A stretch of 64,000 nucleotides of DNA. Origin: the human T2T-CHM13v2.0 reference genome, Homo sapiens. The notes beneath the pieces were generated by a model, which had not been told where the DNA came from, did not search any database, and saw only the letters and a program-made list of their open reading frames with translations. The stretch's first letter is position 1; every line of letters begins with the position of its first letter. Made by a program: the position numbers and the translations under genes. The stretch lies in the NCBI RefSeq assembly GCF_009914755.1, contig NC_060931.1; one strand, written 5' to 3'. Shown here piece after piece: positions 26,874-39,256 of this stretch.

Positions 26874-26975
26874 TAGAGACAGAGTCTTGTTATGTTGCCC
26901 AAGCCGGCTCAAGCAATACTCCTGCTTTAGCCTCCCAAGAGGCTGTGACTACAGGCAAATGCCACTGTGCCCAAC
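26874..26975 (-). mobile_element. FLAM/Alu monomer, internally deleted
   Basis: tagagacagagtcttgttatgttgcccaag...ctcaagcaatactcctgctttagcctccca; degenerate TSD ttgtctatcataact / ttgtttattgtaact. Confidence 0.75.
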
Positions 26976-27499
26976 TTGTTTATTGTAACTTTGAGTCCAA
27001 ATAAACTTGCCCTGATTTATGCACTGCTTTAATGTTACTACACCTAGCTTCTGTAATAAATATGCAACTCTAAGCTATTCTTATGCTTCCATGGAATATC
27101 TTACCTTGGTCAAATTAATTGCTTCCCAACTTAATCACTGAGAAAACAGAAAAAATAGAGGGCCAAGATAAGAATGACATATGAAATAGACTGTTTTAAT
27201 CATGAAGTTGACAGAATGAGCCCTACTGGTTTTCTAAATTAAGGCCTTATCTTTGTTACTGTGAGCAATCATTTTGGGAAACTGCCATCTAAAGTACATG
27301 GATGAAAGCAATATTTTATTACTTATATTAACTTTTATTTCCTATTAAAAATTAATCCATGTCAATTATAGAAAAATAAGAATATTACAGTTAAGCAAAT
27401 ACAAGAAAATACACAGTAATCTGTAATCCCACCAGTAGGAAATAACCATGATTAGTTAGCATTCTGATACACAGGCTTCTAGACATTACAAACTCCTTA

Positions 27500-27833
27500 A
27501 CCTAAGGGCTTTGTGCTACTGTTTCCTCTGCTTAAGATGTTCCACAGATCTGCATGTGGCTTCTTAATTCAGGCCTCAATTCAAATGTCACCTCTGAGGA
27601 TACGCCTTCCCTGACAAGCCCAGACAAAGCAAGCCCCAGCCCATCTTCCCAGTCATTTTCTAGCACATTACCCTATTTTATCTTCTCTATATCCCTTAGC
27701 GGTACCTGCGATTCATTTGTTAGTGTTCATAGTATGTTTCTCTCCACTTCTGTCACCTCTTGTCTCCAGAACCTATAACAACATCAGGCACATTTTTGTT
27801 TTTTAGGAAATATTTGTTAGCCTGTTGACTGAA
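27500..27833 (+). mobile_element. L2 3' end
   Basis: ttcaggcctcaattcaaatgtcacctctgagga...ccttccctgac...aaatatttgtt. Confidence 0.7.
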
Positions 27834-27839
27834 ACTGAC

Positions 27840-28270
27840 ATACCCATGAGCATTTTTTTTCTGTCAGTAAATATTTTCCCAGAACATCTATTGGTGGCTA
27901 TATCCAGTTGCTACATGTGTATAGGTATATGATGTCATAAATTATTCTTATGAGTCTACAATTATAGGACATTTTGGTGGTTTCCAGTTTTTACTATGCT
28001 AATTGTATAGTGATAAGCGTTTTAATAGCTACATGGGTACGCACATCCAGGATTATTTCCTTAGAAAAACTCCTAGAAGTAGGATGGCTGTATTATAGGG
28101 TATATACTTCTTAAGGCCTCTGACAATATGCATTAAATTATGCTGCAAAAATTTGAAACCCATTAATACTCCTATTGATGTAGGACAGTGATCAGGTATC
28201 ACACCTTTGCTAATCCTTGAGTATTGTCATTTAAAATTCCTTGCCAGTGTTACTTTTAGTGTGAAAACTG
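27840..28270 (-). mobile_element. L1ME-type fragment
   Basis: ggacattttggtggtttccagtttttactatg...gattatttccttag...tcctagaagtaggatggctg. Confidence 0.6.
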
Positions 28271-28346
28271 AGTTGAAATGACAAATATTGCATGTGCCTG
28301 CTTGTGTCAGGCTAGCATGGAGGGAAAGTGATTAAAAGTATGTCTC

Positions 28347-28829
28347 TGTAGCAGGGTGAGCCGCAGACAAAACCTCTCAGACACTGAATTGTAGAAGGAA
28401 GGGCTTTATTCAGCTGGCAGCATCGGCAAGCTACTGCCTTAAAATCTGAGCTCCCCGAATGCACAATTTCTGTCCCTTTTAAGGGCTCACAACACTAAAG
28501 ATTTCACATGAAAGGGTCGTGATTGATTTGAGCAAGCAAGGGGTACATGACAGGTGCTGCATGCACCAGTGGTCAGAGAGAAACAGAACAGGGCAGGGAG
28601 TTTCACAGTGTTCTTCTACACAATGTCTGGAATCTATGAATAACATTGGTTTCTGGAGTCATGAGTTGATTTTTAACTACTAGGTTTAGGCCAGGCAGGC
28701 CCAGGTCCGGTTTTGGGCCTGCCGTGAGGCTGCCTGTCTTTGATTTTACTTCCCTGTTGTTTTTTCTTAAAACAGGTACTGAGTATAAAACAATATAACA
28801 CAATATGAGAGGGTCTCTCTTTTCTCTCA
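28347..28829 (-). mobile_element. LTR15-like ERV1 solo LTR
   Basis: Reverse complement begins tgagagaaaagagagaccctctcatattg...tatactcagtacctgttttaagaaaaaacaac; TG/CA ends with a perfect 4-bp TSD TCTC. Confidence 0.85.
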
Positions 28830-29105
28830 TCTCAAGATTGTTCTTCAGGGCCTTCATCATGACATGACTTTAACTGAGCACCGTCTCACTGGCAACTAGA
28901 CCTCATCTTGTTATACATCTTTCTTTGTTCTAACACTGAAGCTGATTTGGCTCCAAATGAGCTGCCTTAAACTGTAAATATTATGCAATTCATTTAAGTC
29001 CAGTAATGTTCTAAACTTGGATCTCATTATTTTTTGTTAACATCTAAAAATTTTGCGAGCAGAAATACATCTTAGGCCAGAAAGTAATTTGATTTGGCTA
29101 GGGTA

Positions 29106-29455
29106 CAATCAGCTCTCTTTATCTGTGGGTTCTGTGTTCATGGATTCAACTAACCACAGATACAAAATATTTGGAAAATAAAGTGGATGATGGTGTCTGT
29201 CCTGAATATGTGCAGATATTTGTCCTTGTCATTATGCCTTAAACAATGTGGCATAACAATTATTTACATAGAATTTACATTGTATTCAGTATTATAAGTA
29301 ATCTAGAGATGACTTAAAGAATACAGGAGGGGATGTGTAGGTTATATGCAGACATCATGCTGTTTATTTGAAAGATTTGAGCATCCTGGATTTTGGTATC
29401 CTTGGAGGGTGGGGTTTTAGGACCAATCCCCCAGAGAAACTGAGGGAATTATTGT
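29106..29455. mobile_element. MER2 (TcMar-Tigger)
   Basis: tatctgtgggttctg...catggattcaactaaccacagat...ttataagtaatctagagatga...gagcatcctggattttggtatcc. Confidence 0.85.
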
Positions 29456-29583
29456 TAAATATCTAAAACTCTTCATAAGAAATGCAAAAACAGTTCATAA
29501 GAATTGCAAAAACAAAATGGGATAGATTGAGAGCCCTTCCTGTGTATATAGGGTGTTCACACATTCTTTTGCTCAGTAATTCA

Positions 29584-29912
<329 letters not shown>

Positions 29913-30849
29913 TCATGGTAAAATGAATTATGATGTGAAGAACACCAAGAAATATCACAATTGATTCCTGAACCCAAATATACTCTTTAACTCTGAAAAA
30001 TAAATCCCAGGCAGAAAAAAAAGTTTCACGGTAAGAATACTGGGCGATCTCAAGGTAGTTAATGACAGACTGAATGTTTGTTTCTTGGAACAAAGTAAGC
30101 GCAGAGGGTTTGGAGGATGTCGTGGTACCCGGCAGAAGCGGAGCTAGAATCTGAGCTGGGTGGCAATATTTCAATAAGAGTTAAAACCTCATCTATTCTT
30201 TTTTAGATAATTGGTGGGCAATCAAAATCTGAACAGACCCAATTGGCTTCAGAAATAGTCAACATTTATTTAGATTTAGACCTTCCCTCATGGATTCCAA
30301 ACAGGCTTTTCTGGTTTTGTCCCTTCAAGTATCCTGTGTTCCAACCAATCCAGGTGACTTAGTGGTTGTTCCTTTCCCACTGTTACCTTTGTGTTCATTG
30401 GTTTTCAGTCTTAAAAGTGTAAATCTTACCAAGTACTTAATGCCACCTTCAAAATACAATTCAGTCACGCTTTAGCCAAATGCTGCCTTCCCTGTTAAGT
30501 GTCTTTTCTGTCCTCTGCTAGATCAATTCCCTCCTTTCTTTGTGGTAATACTTAACACATTCTGCCCTAAACAATAGTTACTGCTGTTCTTAACTTCAGT
30601 CCTCATTTGAATTTGAAACTTCCTAAGGACAGATAACATGACCTACATTTTAAAAATAATTGTTCCAATAATTTCCCCTCTTTTAAACTATCATATACTT
30701 GTTACAAAATGTTATAAGTATAAAGTCGATTGTCCATTTTTCCACCAAGTAAAGACAGCTATTTCTTTGTGAAATGTTTAATTTCAACCTTTTTCATGCA
30801 TATTTTTGTCATTGTGCTCTTGCCAAATATAAGCTTCTGTACAATAAGA

Positions 30850-31070
30850 GCTAATATTAAATGCTGATATGAACCAGATACTGCTTTAAGTTCATTCATA
30901 TGTTAATTAAATGTCTTCACTGGAACCATATGAGGTGGTTAGCATTTTTATCCCCCTTTACAGATGTAAGAAATGGCCCAGAGAGGTTATGTCATTTGTC
31001 CAAGGACATACAGCTAATATATGGGGATTTGCAAAATGGCAAGCTGGCCCCAAAGGTACCACTGCTTTCT
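30850..31070 (-). mobile_element. MIR
   Basis: tatcccctttacagatgtaagaaatggcccagagaggttatgtcatttgtccaaggacatacagcta. Confidence 0.8.
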
Positions 31071-31434
31071 AAAAGATTCAGATATCTTTTTCAGTGGAAA
31101 CCAAATGTTCCATCATGTTGGTGTATGGTAATTTACTTAACCATTTTCTGATCTTAACATTTAATTTGTCATTTAAAATGACACTGTCATTATCATTTTA
31201 ATGTCCCAAACTTTCTAAAAGGTAAAGTAACAATCCAAGTGAATTATTCGGTCAAAAGATATTATTTGAAGGTCTATGATGCATATCACCAAATTGTTTT
31301 CCAAAAGAGTTTTAAAAATCGTGGTTCCTAGAGTAGTTCATGAGAGAGTATTGTAGTGACCACATATTACTAACACTGAAAATTTTTTAAATTTTTTTAT
31401 GGTTAATTTCATAGGTAAACTTCTTGTCATAATA

Positions 31435-31807
31435 TGAATTGATAAAAAACTTAGACAAATTGCATTGAACAGAGTTTAATGTAGCAAAGAATTATTCATG
31501 AATTGGGCAGCCCCCAACCAGAATAGGTTCAGAGAGGCTCCAGCATAGCTATGTGATGGAAGATTTATGGACAGAAAAAGGAACATGACACACAGAAAGT
31601 GGAAGTGAGATATAGAAATAGACAACTGGTTAAAACCCAGTGTTTGCCTTATTTGATTGAACACAGTTTGAATAGTTGCCACCTTTGATTGGCCACTTTG
31701 ATTCACTTAGTTAGTGGATTATAACTAAGTTATAGCTCACTGTGTATGGAGAAACTTTAGGCTGAACTAAGAATATGTGAAGATGCAGCTTTAGGCTAAA
31801 CTTAACA
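31435..31807 (-). mobile_element. MER57-family ERV1 LTR, within old L1ME sequence
   Basis: Reverse complement starts tgttaagtttagcctaaagctgcatc...agttcagcctaaagtttctccatac; flanks (about 31090-31420 and 31810-32250) look like antisense L1ME. Confidence 0.75.
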
Positions 31808-32844
31808 GTATCTCTTCCATTTCTAGTGGAGATAGATAATTTTATGCAAATTGCCTTTTTGTGTCTTTCTTTTGCAACAGTTCATTTCGACTCTTTGCCC
31901 ATTAATTTATTGAACATGTTAGTGTTTTTTTCTATCAGCTTGAATAAACAGCTCTGTAATAGAGGTAATAAAATATGCCTGTTGGAATTACTACAGATTA
32001 TATCTGTGTTTGGTAATTTGGCTACCTATTTCAGTTATTTCCAGAAATATAAATGTTTAATAATTTTATCTTTTGATTATTCAATTATAATTTATTCTAC
32101 CTCTTTTAAATCTATGAAGCCCTTCTTCAAAGAGTTACCAAATATTCATTTCTAGTTTCTTTTAATTCTAAAGTAGATACAGCTGTTTTTTAACAACAAA
32201 TTCTTATTCTACCTGTAACTGATATACGGATTTGGCAGTATAATTAGGAGAAAAATCAAAATTTTCAAAACATACATGTTTTCTCCAAATACATAATCAG
32301 TTAACACCAGTGGTTCTTAGTCACGTATGTGCATTTTGGAAGGTTCAATGCAGAGCCTTACAAAATCCAGGCACAGCATGAAAGATCATTACACTTTGCC
32401 TGAGACTTTGGTTTTATGCTATTGGCTGTGATTTGAGGAAACTAAAGTCATTGGCACAAAAAGTTGTTGGTGCTGGTGCATGGATTTTTATTCATCTCAA
32501 ATAAAGTGAAGGGACTTTGAAATCTGGCTTTTCCATGTCTTCCAAGACTGTTTAATGAAATATTTCTCTTTAAGAAGTGATGTAAAATGCCTAAGGAAAG
32601 ATTTAGATGTTTCTACAAGAAAAAAAGTATATGGTATCATGGGCAGGGGATTTGTTGTTCTCCTTTTGTTGTTATGCTGCAGCAAATAAGTATTTAAATG
32701 ACAACACAGCTCAGTCATGGTGGCCTCAACATTGATGGAAAACAAGGAAAAACTTACAAAAGCTATGTAACTTACAAACCAAAACATCAAACGATTTTGT
32801 GCGTATTAAATTGTCAGAGATATATTTCTGTAATCTTGAGGCCA

Positions 32845-33976
32845 TTTTTTTTTTTAATTTTACTTCTGGTATACATGTGCAGAATGTGCAGGTTTCTAAC
32901 ATAGGTATACATGTGCCATGGTGGTTTGCTGCACCTATCAACCCATCATCTAGGTTTTAAGCCCTGCATGCATTAGGTATTTGTCCTAATGCTCTCCCTC
33001 TCCTTGCCCCCCACCCCCCGACAGGCCCCGGTATGTGATGTTCCCCTCCTGTGTCCATGTGTTCTCGTTGTTCAACTCCCACTTATGAGTGACAACATGC
33101 AGTTTTTGGTTTCTGTTCCTGGGTTAGTTTGCTGAGGATGATGGTTTCCAGCTTCATCCATGTCCCTGCAAAGTACACGAATTCATTCTTTTTTATGGTT
33201 TCACAGCATTCCATGGTGTGTATGTGCCACATTTTCTTTATCTAGTCTATCATTGGTGAGCATTTGGGTTGTTTCCAAGTCTTTGCCATTGTAAATAGTG
33301 CTGCAATAAACATATATGTGCATGTGTCTTTACAGTAGAATGATTTATAATTCTTTTGGTATATACCCAGGAATGGGATTGCTGGGTCAAATGGTATTTC
33401 TGGTTCTAGATCCTTGAGTAATCACTACACTGTCTTCCACAATGGTTGAACTAATTTACACTCCCACCAAGAGTGTAAAAGCATTCCTATTTCTCCACAG
33501 GCTCACCAGCATGTGTTGTTTGCTGACTTTTTGATGATCGCCATTCTAATTTGCGTGAGATGGTATCTCACTGTGGTTTTGATTTGCATTTCTTTAGCGG
33601 CCAGTGATGAGATTTTTTTTTTCATATGTTTGTTGGCTACATAAATGTCTTCTTTTGAGAAGTGTCTGTTCATATCTTTCTCCCACTTTTTGATGGAGTT
33701 GTTTTTTTTCTTGTAAATTTAAGTTCCTTGTAGATGCTGGATGTTAGACCTTTGTCAGATGGGTAGCTTGCAAAAATTTTCTCCCATTCTGTAGGTTGCC
33801 TGTTCACTCTGACAGTTTCTTTTGCTGTGCAGAAGCTCTTTAGTTTAATTAGATTTCATTTGTCAATTTGGCTTTTGTTGCAATTGCTTTTGGTGTTTTA
33901 GTCATGAAATCTTTGCCCATGCCTATGTCCTAAATGGTATTACCTAGGTTTTCTTCTAGGGTTTTTATGATTTTAG
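32845..33976 (-). mobile_element. 5'-truncated L1PA8-like element (3' UTR and ORF2 C-terminus)
   Basis: Poly-T then ggttttaagccctgcatgcattaggtatttgtcctaatgctctccct, continuing into antisense ORF2. Confidence 0.92.
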
Positions 33977-35504
33977 AAAACATCAAACATTTTAAATTAT
34001 TTATATTAAAGTTGAACAATACTTTATTTGGAATATAGTAGAAATTTTAAATCTGCTAATATGGCTAGTTTACATGTAAGCATTATGAATGTTTGTGGAA
34101 ATGTATGTAATACATACTTGTATGGCATATTTGTTATATGTGACTATTAAGCAATGAGACCATATTTAAATACTCTGAGAAATAATTGCATCAGCTCATA
34201 GTGACTACTTTGAAGGCAAAACATTCATTTGTATATATAAGTTCTAAAATCTTTAATAAAATATCATTTTATATAAATGTCATATATGCATAAAAACTAC
34301 TGATCAATAATGTTAGCCCTTAAGTATTTCTATCAGATCTCCCACATATATTCTGCCCAAATTCTTTTATTGTAAATAATAATATAAGGCAAAACATTTG
34401 TCAGCCATGGATTAATATTTCTGGGTAAACAAATGAAGGAAAACCTCACTCCTCATAAGACAAAAACGAAAAAATAACACCCAAACAAACTAAGTCTGAA
34501 GTTGAAATTGTACGTAAAATCCTATGAATAGAGAATAGATTTATGGTGACTCTCTAAATGAAAATTTTAAACTGAATACCCTGACATAGCTGATTACTTT
34601 TAATATTAGAGAATATTGCAAATCCTTTTGGAAACACTGCCATATAAAACATACTCTAAAATGCACACATCTAACACCTACACAAATACACAGGGACTGT
34701 GTACTCAGAAGTACAACAGATGAAGACTAACTTAGGTGTGAAATTTGCTGAATGACTTCCAATCTGAAGTCTCTGTCAAAGAAAGTTCTCAGTGGTAGAA
34801 AAATCAAGGCATTTAATTTCTTGGTAGAACTTTTCATTTGGAACACAAGTGTATCATTCTCATAGCAAATATGATTGACTGTGGCTCATCCTCTGTATGT
34901 GCCCTTGCTTCCCTTATCTATAATCAGGGTTGATTTTTGAGGAAATCTGTAACTTAAAATGGTCCAAACTTTATTTCCTCTAAAGACTTGCTCTGACTTA
35001 GAGTTGATTTAGGACTGGAAGTGCATAATTGGGCTCATTGTTTCCTGCTGCCATGCTGTATTAAGAAAAAATTTAATGTATCCTGCAAGGATTAGCATAA
35101 TTTTTTGAAAGCTGGACCTTTGCTTCTGAAGCTTAAATTCTATTGTCTATTTTTCTATTCAGATTTTATGCAAGTTGCTTTTTATTTTGGAGGTCTTGCG
35201 ATTCTCAAGTCAACTTGTTTCTTTGTTTACTGTAGTGTCTGCTGTATAAAGTAGAATACACATTCCATGTGACCAAAGTCTCTGTCTTAGCTACTTCCGT
35301 ATTTCCAGTGCTTGTCATGTAAATATTTAATGAAGAAAAACATACTTTTATTTCAGTGATGTAATACTTTGCAGAATATTTTTTGTGGGTTGTCCCATCC
35401 CTGTCACCCAGCCTTCTCATGATCACTATCTGAATTTTTTACTTGAGAGTACTGAACACAATTCTTCTTTCCTAGACCTCAGTTCGTCCTCACCCTTGAC
35501 AAGT

Positions 35505-35790
35505 GAGCCTCAAAGTATGGTTGGGTGAACCCTGGGGAGGAGGGGTGTTCTGAGATCCCATCAGGAAGTTAATGATGTCAAAATTATTTTCATAACAATA
35601 CCAACATGCTCTGTGCCTTTTTCACTTGTTCTCTCACAAGTGTGTAGTGGAGCTTTCCAGAGGCTAACAGGTGATATCAGTGCTCTAACCGCTAAAAGAA
35701 CCAGGTGCTTGTGTACTTTTGTGTTTAAAAAATTTCTCTGTTTTAATATGGTCAGTGTCAATAACTGTGATCCACATAAGCCTTTGAGAT
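35505..35790. mobile_element. hAT-Charlie fossil (MER106/Charlie10-like)
   Basis: caaagtatggt...gtcaaaattattttcataacaata...tctctcacaagtgtgtagtggagctttccagaggct. Confidence 0.55.
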
Positions 35791-37278
35791 CCTCTCTGGA
35801 TCTCACACATGACAATTACGGATGGTTTTTATGGGACACAAGCTCAGTGTTCCAAAGAAATAACTTACAGGTGGACTTTTAGAAATGCCATTCATAAACA
35901 GTGGATCTGTTGTTTGCGTACAAAATAAGATGTTAAATTAAAACTATTCTCTTGCCAAATTTCAGCAGAGGCCCCTAAAACCAATAAGTGCCAAGAAACC
36001 TGAGATTCGAAATGGGAGAATAATACTATCTATTCAGGACATCCTAAATTGTGCAACTGATAGTCCATATCCAGATGATATAACATATTCTTGCATGAAA
36101 ATCAAGGTAATAGGTATTCATTTGAAGCAAGTAGTAAATGTATTATGTATTTCTCCAAGGGGGATGGGAAAGGAGTCTTTTTATTCATCTCAAATCAAGT
36201 GAGGGAACTTTGAAAGAAGAGTTGGAGAACTTGTCATGTTTCTGCTGGCATGTGGAATTAGGGGACAGTCTAAAAATAGTCCAGCGTTTTGAGAAGGCAA
36301 ACTGAAGAGAAAAAGGGCAGTCCTTCAACAACAGCAAATACAAGATGCATGCTTTTCATCGGCTGGATAGGGAGCTGGCTACAAACACTCTTGAAAAGGA
36401 AAAGGGCTTCTGGCTGTGAGCACAGCAAACATTCGTTACTGAAGCTGAGGGGGCTCTCTAGGCAAATGCGGTGGGAGGTCTGGGAGGTAAAGTAGGTATA
36501 GAATCTAAGGAACTGTCAGAAGTGTCCTGCAAGAGAGAGTCAGCTTTGTCATCTGCCATGACTAGCGGGTACCAGTGCCCTGTTAACTGTGCCAATCAAA
36601 TAAGACTCCCCTTCATTTACTGCTTCTTCCTGTCCTCCTTTGTCCACCAGAAAATGCAGCTAGGACGTAAGAGAGGAGGTGGTCCCAGGGAGAGAAGGAG
36701 CTAACCCCTCCTCCTTTCCCCACTGCAAGATCCCCAGCCTGAGGAAAAATATAAGTTGTAAGTTGGATGACAGCTTTGAGTTTTGATATTATGCTGGACA
36801 AAGCTTTTTAATACCTGGAAAAGGAGACTCCTTATTTAATACCCGCATAAGCTGTGAGATCTACCCCAAGATTCTCTCTAAAAGTGGGAGGATGGAGTTT
36901 ACAGTATAGATTAAAAGAGATAGAAGTAAAATGAAAAAAAAAATTTCATCTTCCTCTAGGACATAGGGAAGGCATCTTGGTCATATATTCAAGTAGAATT
37001 GCTGAAGACATGTTAACTCCTGCTAAATGTATTTCAGCTTTCTTGTCCAGATTTTCAATATGACCCCAAACCTCTTTTCAGCATTGCTTCTCTTGAAACA
37101 CGTGCTTATCTCTTTTTTCAACCAAATAAAACTCTTTGCTACCCCTACCCCCAACCTCTCCCACTCTTCTGTACACCTGTGTATATATATGATTTCCTCT
37201 TTCTCAGATTTTCCTATTTCTGCTAGTTGAAATCCCTTGTGACTTTCAAGTTCACTTCAAAAGCTCTTTTATAAAGCT

Positions 37279-37839
37279 TGTAAGAGAGAAACAGCTGGGA
37301 TGGCAAATCCTAAAATCCTTTATGAGCTGCCAGTGGCAGATGACACCTCCTCTGCGGGAATTATTTTTGTGGGATTCACTGAAAAAAAAAGAAAAGATAG
37401 GCTCCTGATTTCTAGATAGAGATTAGTAACAAATCCTAAGCTCCCTCCTGCTCTAGCACACAGAGATGTGGCCATTGGTACTTTACGCACTAAACCTACC
37501 CCTTTATTACAATACCAGGTTTAAGAAGTGCCCCATTTCCAAAGGGCCCCAAATGGATGCTGCTTCAGAACACGGGACACTCCCATAAAAACTCCATCAG
37601 CCAAATGATATGGAAGAGAGCACCACAAAGAGGAAATTTTTAACTCCTCCATCTTCCCATGGAAAGAATCTCCATTCATTGTTATAGCATCTTAAATATG
37701 CATATTTGAGGATTTAATTTTCTCCATTCTATACTCATTATATTCTTCTGTCTTTGGATAGGTGGTTTTATTCAGATTTCGATATTGGTTGTGATCATGG
37801 GAATAGCTCTCTTGTAGAGATTAAAAAGTGACACTAGCA
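37279..37839 (+). mobile_element. Putative old solo LTR, family unassigned
   Basis: TG...CA ends, flanks aagct / aagcc, ATTAAA about 20 bp from the right end; splits the L2. Confidence 0.45.
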
Positions 37840-37860
37840 AAGCCTTCCCTGACCCACTAC

Positions 37861-38279
37861 AGTGTTAGCCCATTTTGCATTACTATAAAAGAACATTGAG
37901 ACTGGGTAATTTATAAAGAAAAGAGGTTTATTTGGTTCGTGATTCTGCAGGGCAAGCAGAGGCATGACCCCGGCATCTGCTTGGCTTCTGGTGCAGCCTC
38001 AGGAAGCTTTCAGTCACAGCAGAAGGTGAAGGGGTAGCAGATGTGTCACAGGTGAGACAGGAAGCAAGACAAAGGGAGAGAGAGCCAGATTCTTTTTAAC
38101 AACCAGCTCTCCTATGAACTAACAGAGTGAGCAACTCTCATTACCATGGAGAGGGCACCAAGCCATTCATTAGGGATTTGCCCCCATGACCCAAACACCT
38201 CATGCGAGGCCCCACCTCCAACATGGGGGATTACATTTCAACATGAGATTTGGAGGGGACAAACATCCAAACTATACTA
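37861..38279 (-). mobile_element. MSTB-like MaLR solo LTR
   Basis: gagactgggtaatttataaagaaaagaggttt...catgagatttggaggggacaaacatccaaactata; 5-bp TSD ACTAC. Confidence 0.9.
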
Positions 38280-39256
38280 ACTACCTGGAGCACAGAAATT
38301 TTTTATCTCTGATAGCACTTATATTATTTTTCCTTATAGAATTGTTATGGCTATATGCCTACATGGGAAGACCATGAGGACATAAATTCTACAAAGACAG
38401 GGTCTCTCTTGTCTGTCTTACTAATATTTGTATCCTCTGTAGAAGGCAGCACATAGGAGATATTCACTAAGTATCAATGCTCATATAATTAAAATGCTGC
38501 TATATTACAATTCATCTTGAATATAACTTGGGATAAAATATGACTTTCTTAAACTACATTCCAGAGGTTCATTTATTGGTGTCTCAGGGACCCTTCTCTA
38601 TAAAATAATCTCCTTTTAAGACTCTTAATATATGGACCCTAAAAAAGTTACAGTAGGACTCAATGCATCAAGTTGCTTATCACTTCATTATACATACTTC
38701 TTAGAAAGTCTGTTATCCATTGTGCAAGTTCTTGTGAAAGTACATGGGCCAACTTTGTTCTACAACTCTTATGCCAAGTTCAAAACCACAATATCTCAGC
38801 AGCTTTATTTTTCTTCCAAAACACCATAAGTTATTACACTATATTATGCATTGCATACTTGCCAAAGCATTTCAGCCAGACTTTTTTGTTACATAAGCAC
38901 AAAAGCATCCAACACTAATAAACTCCTATTTTTCTTTCTACTTTTATGTAAATTCAAAGAACCAATGCATGTTTCTTATGCCTTTCGGGTAAGAATTAAA
39001 CAATCACTAACACTTAAAAAGTATTGTTCTAAACCCAAATTGTGAGATATACTCCTCAACTGACTAAACTTTTTTCTTACAGGTATAGTTTACTTGGTAT
39101 TACAGAAGTTTTGTAACAATTTTTCTTGGTAATACATCTGAAATGGTTGGCTTTATGGATCCTCTGCAATGACCATTGGTTTTTCTTTTTGCTTGCTTGT
39201 TTTCCTAAATGCAGGATATTTGAGTGAGTGTCTTGCTTTTTATTTTGTTTGCCCAG

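Larger units (their letters stand above)
37100..38480 (+). mobile_element. L2 3' region interrupted by two insertions
   Basis: L2-like pieces at about 37100-37278, 37840-37860 (aagccttccctgacc) and 38280-38480. Confidence 0.55.
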
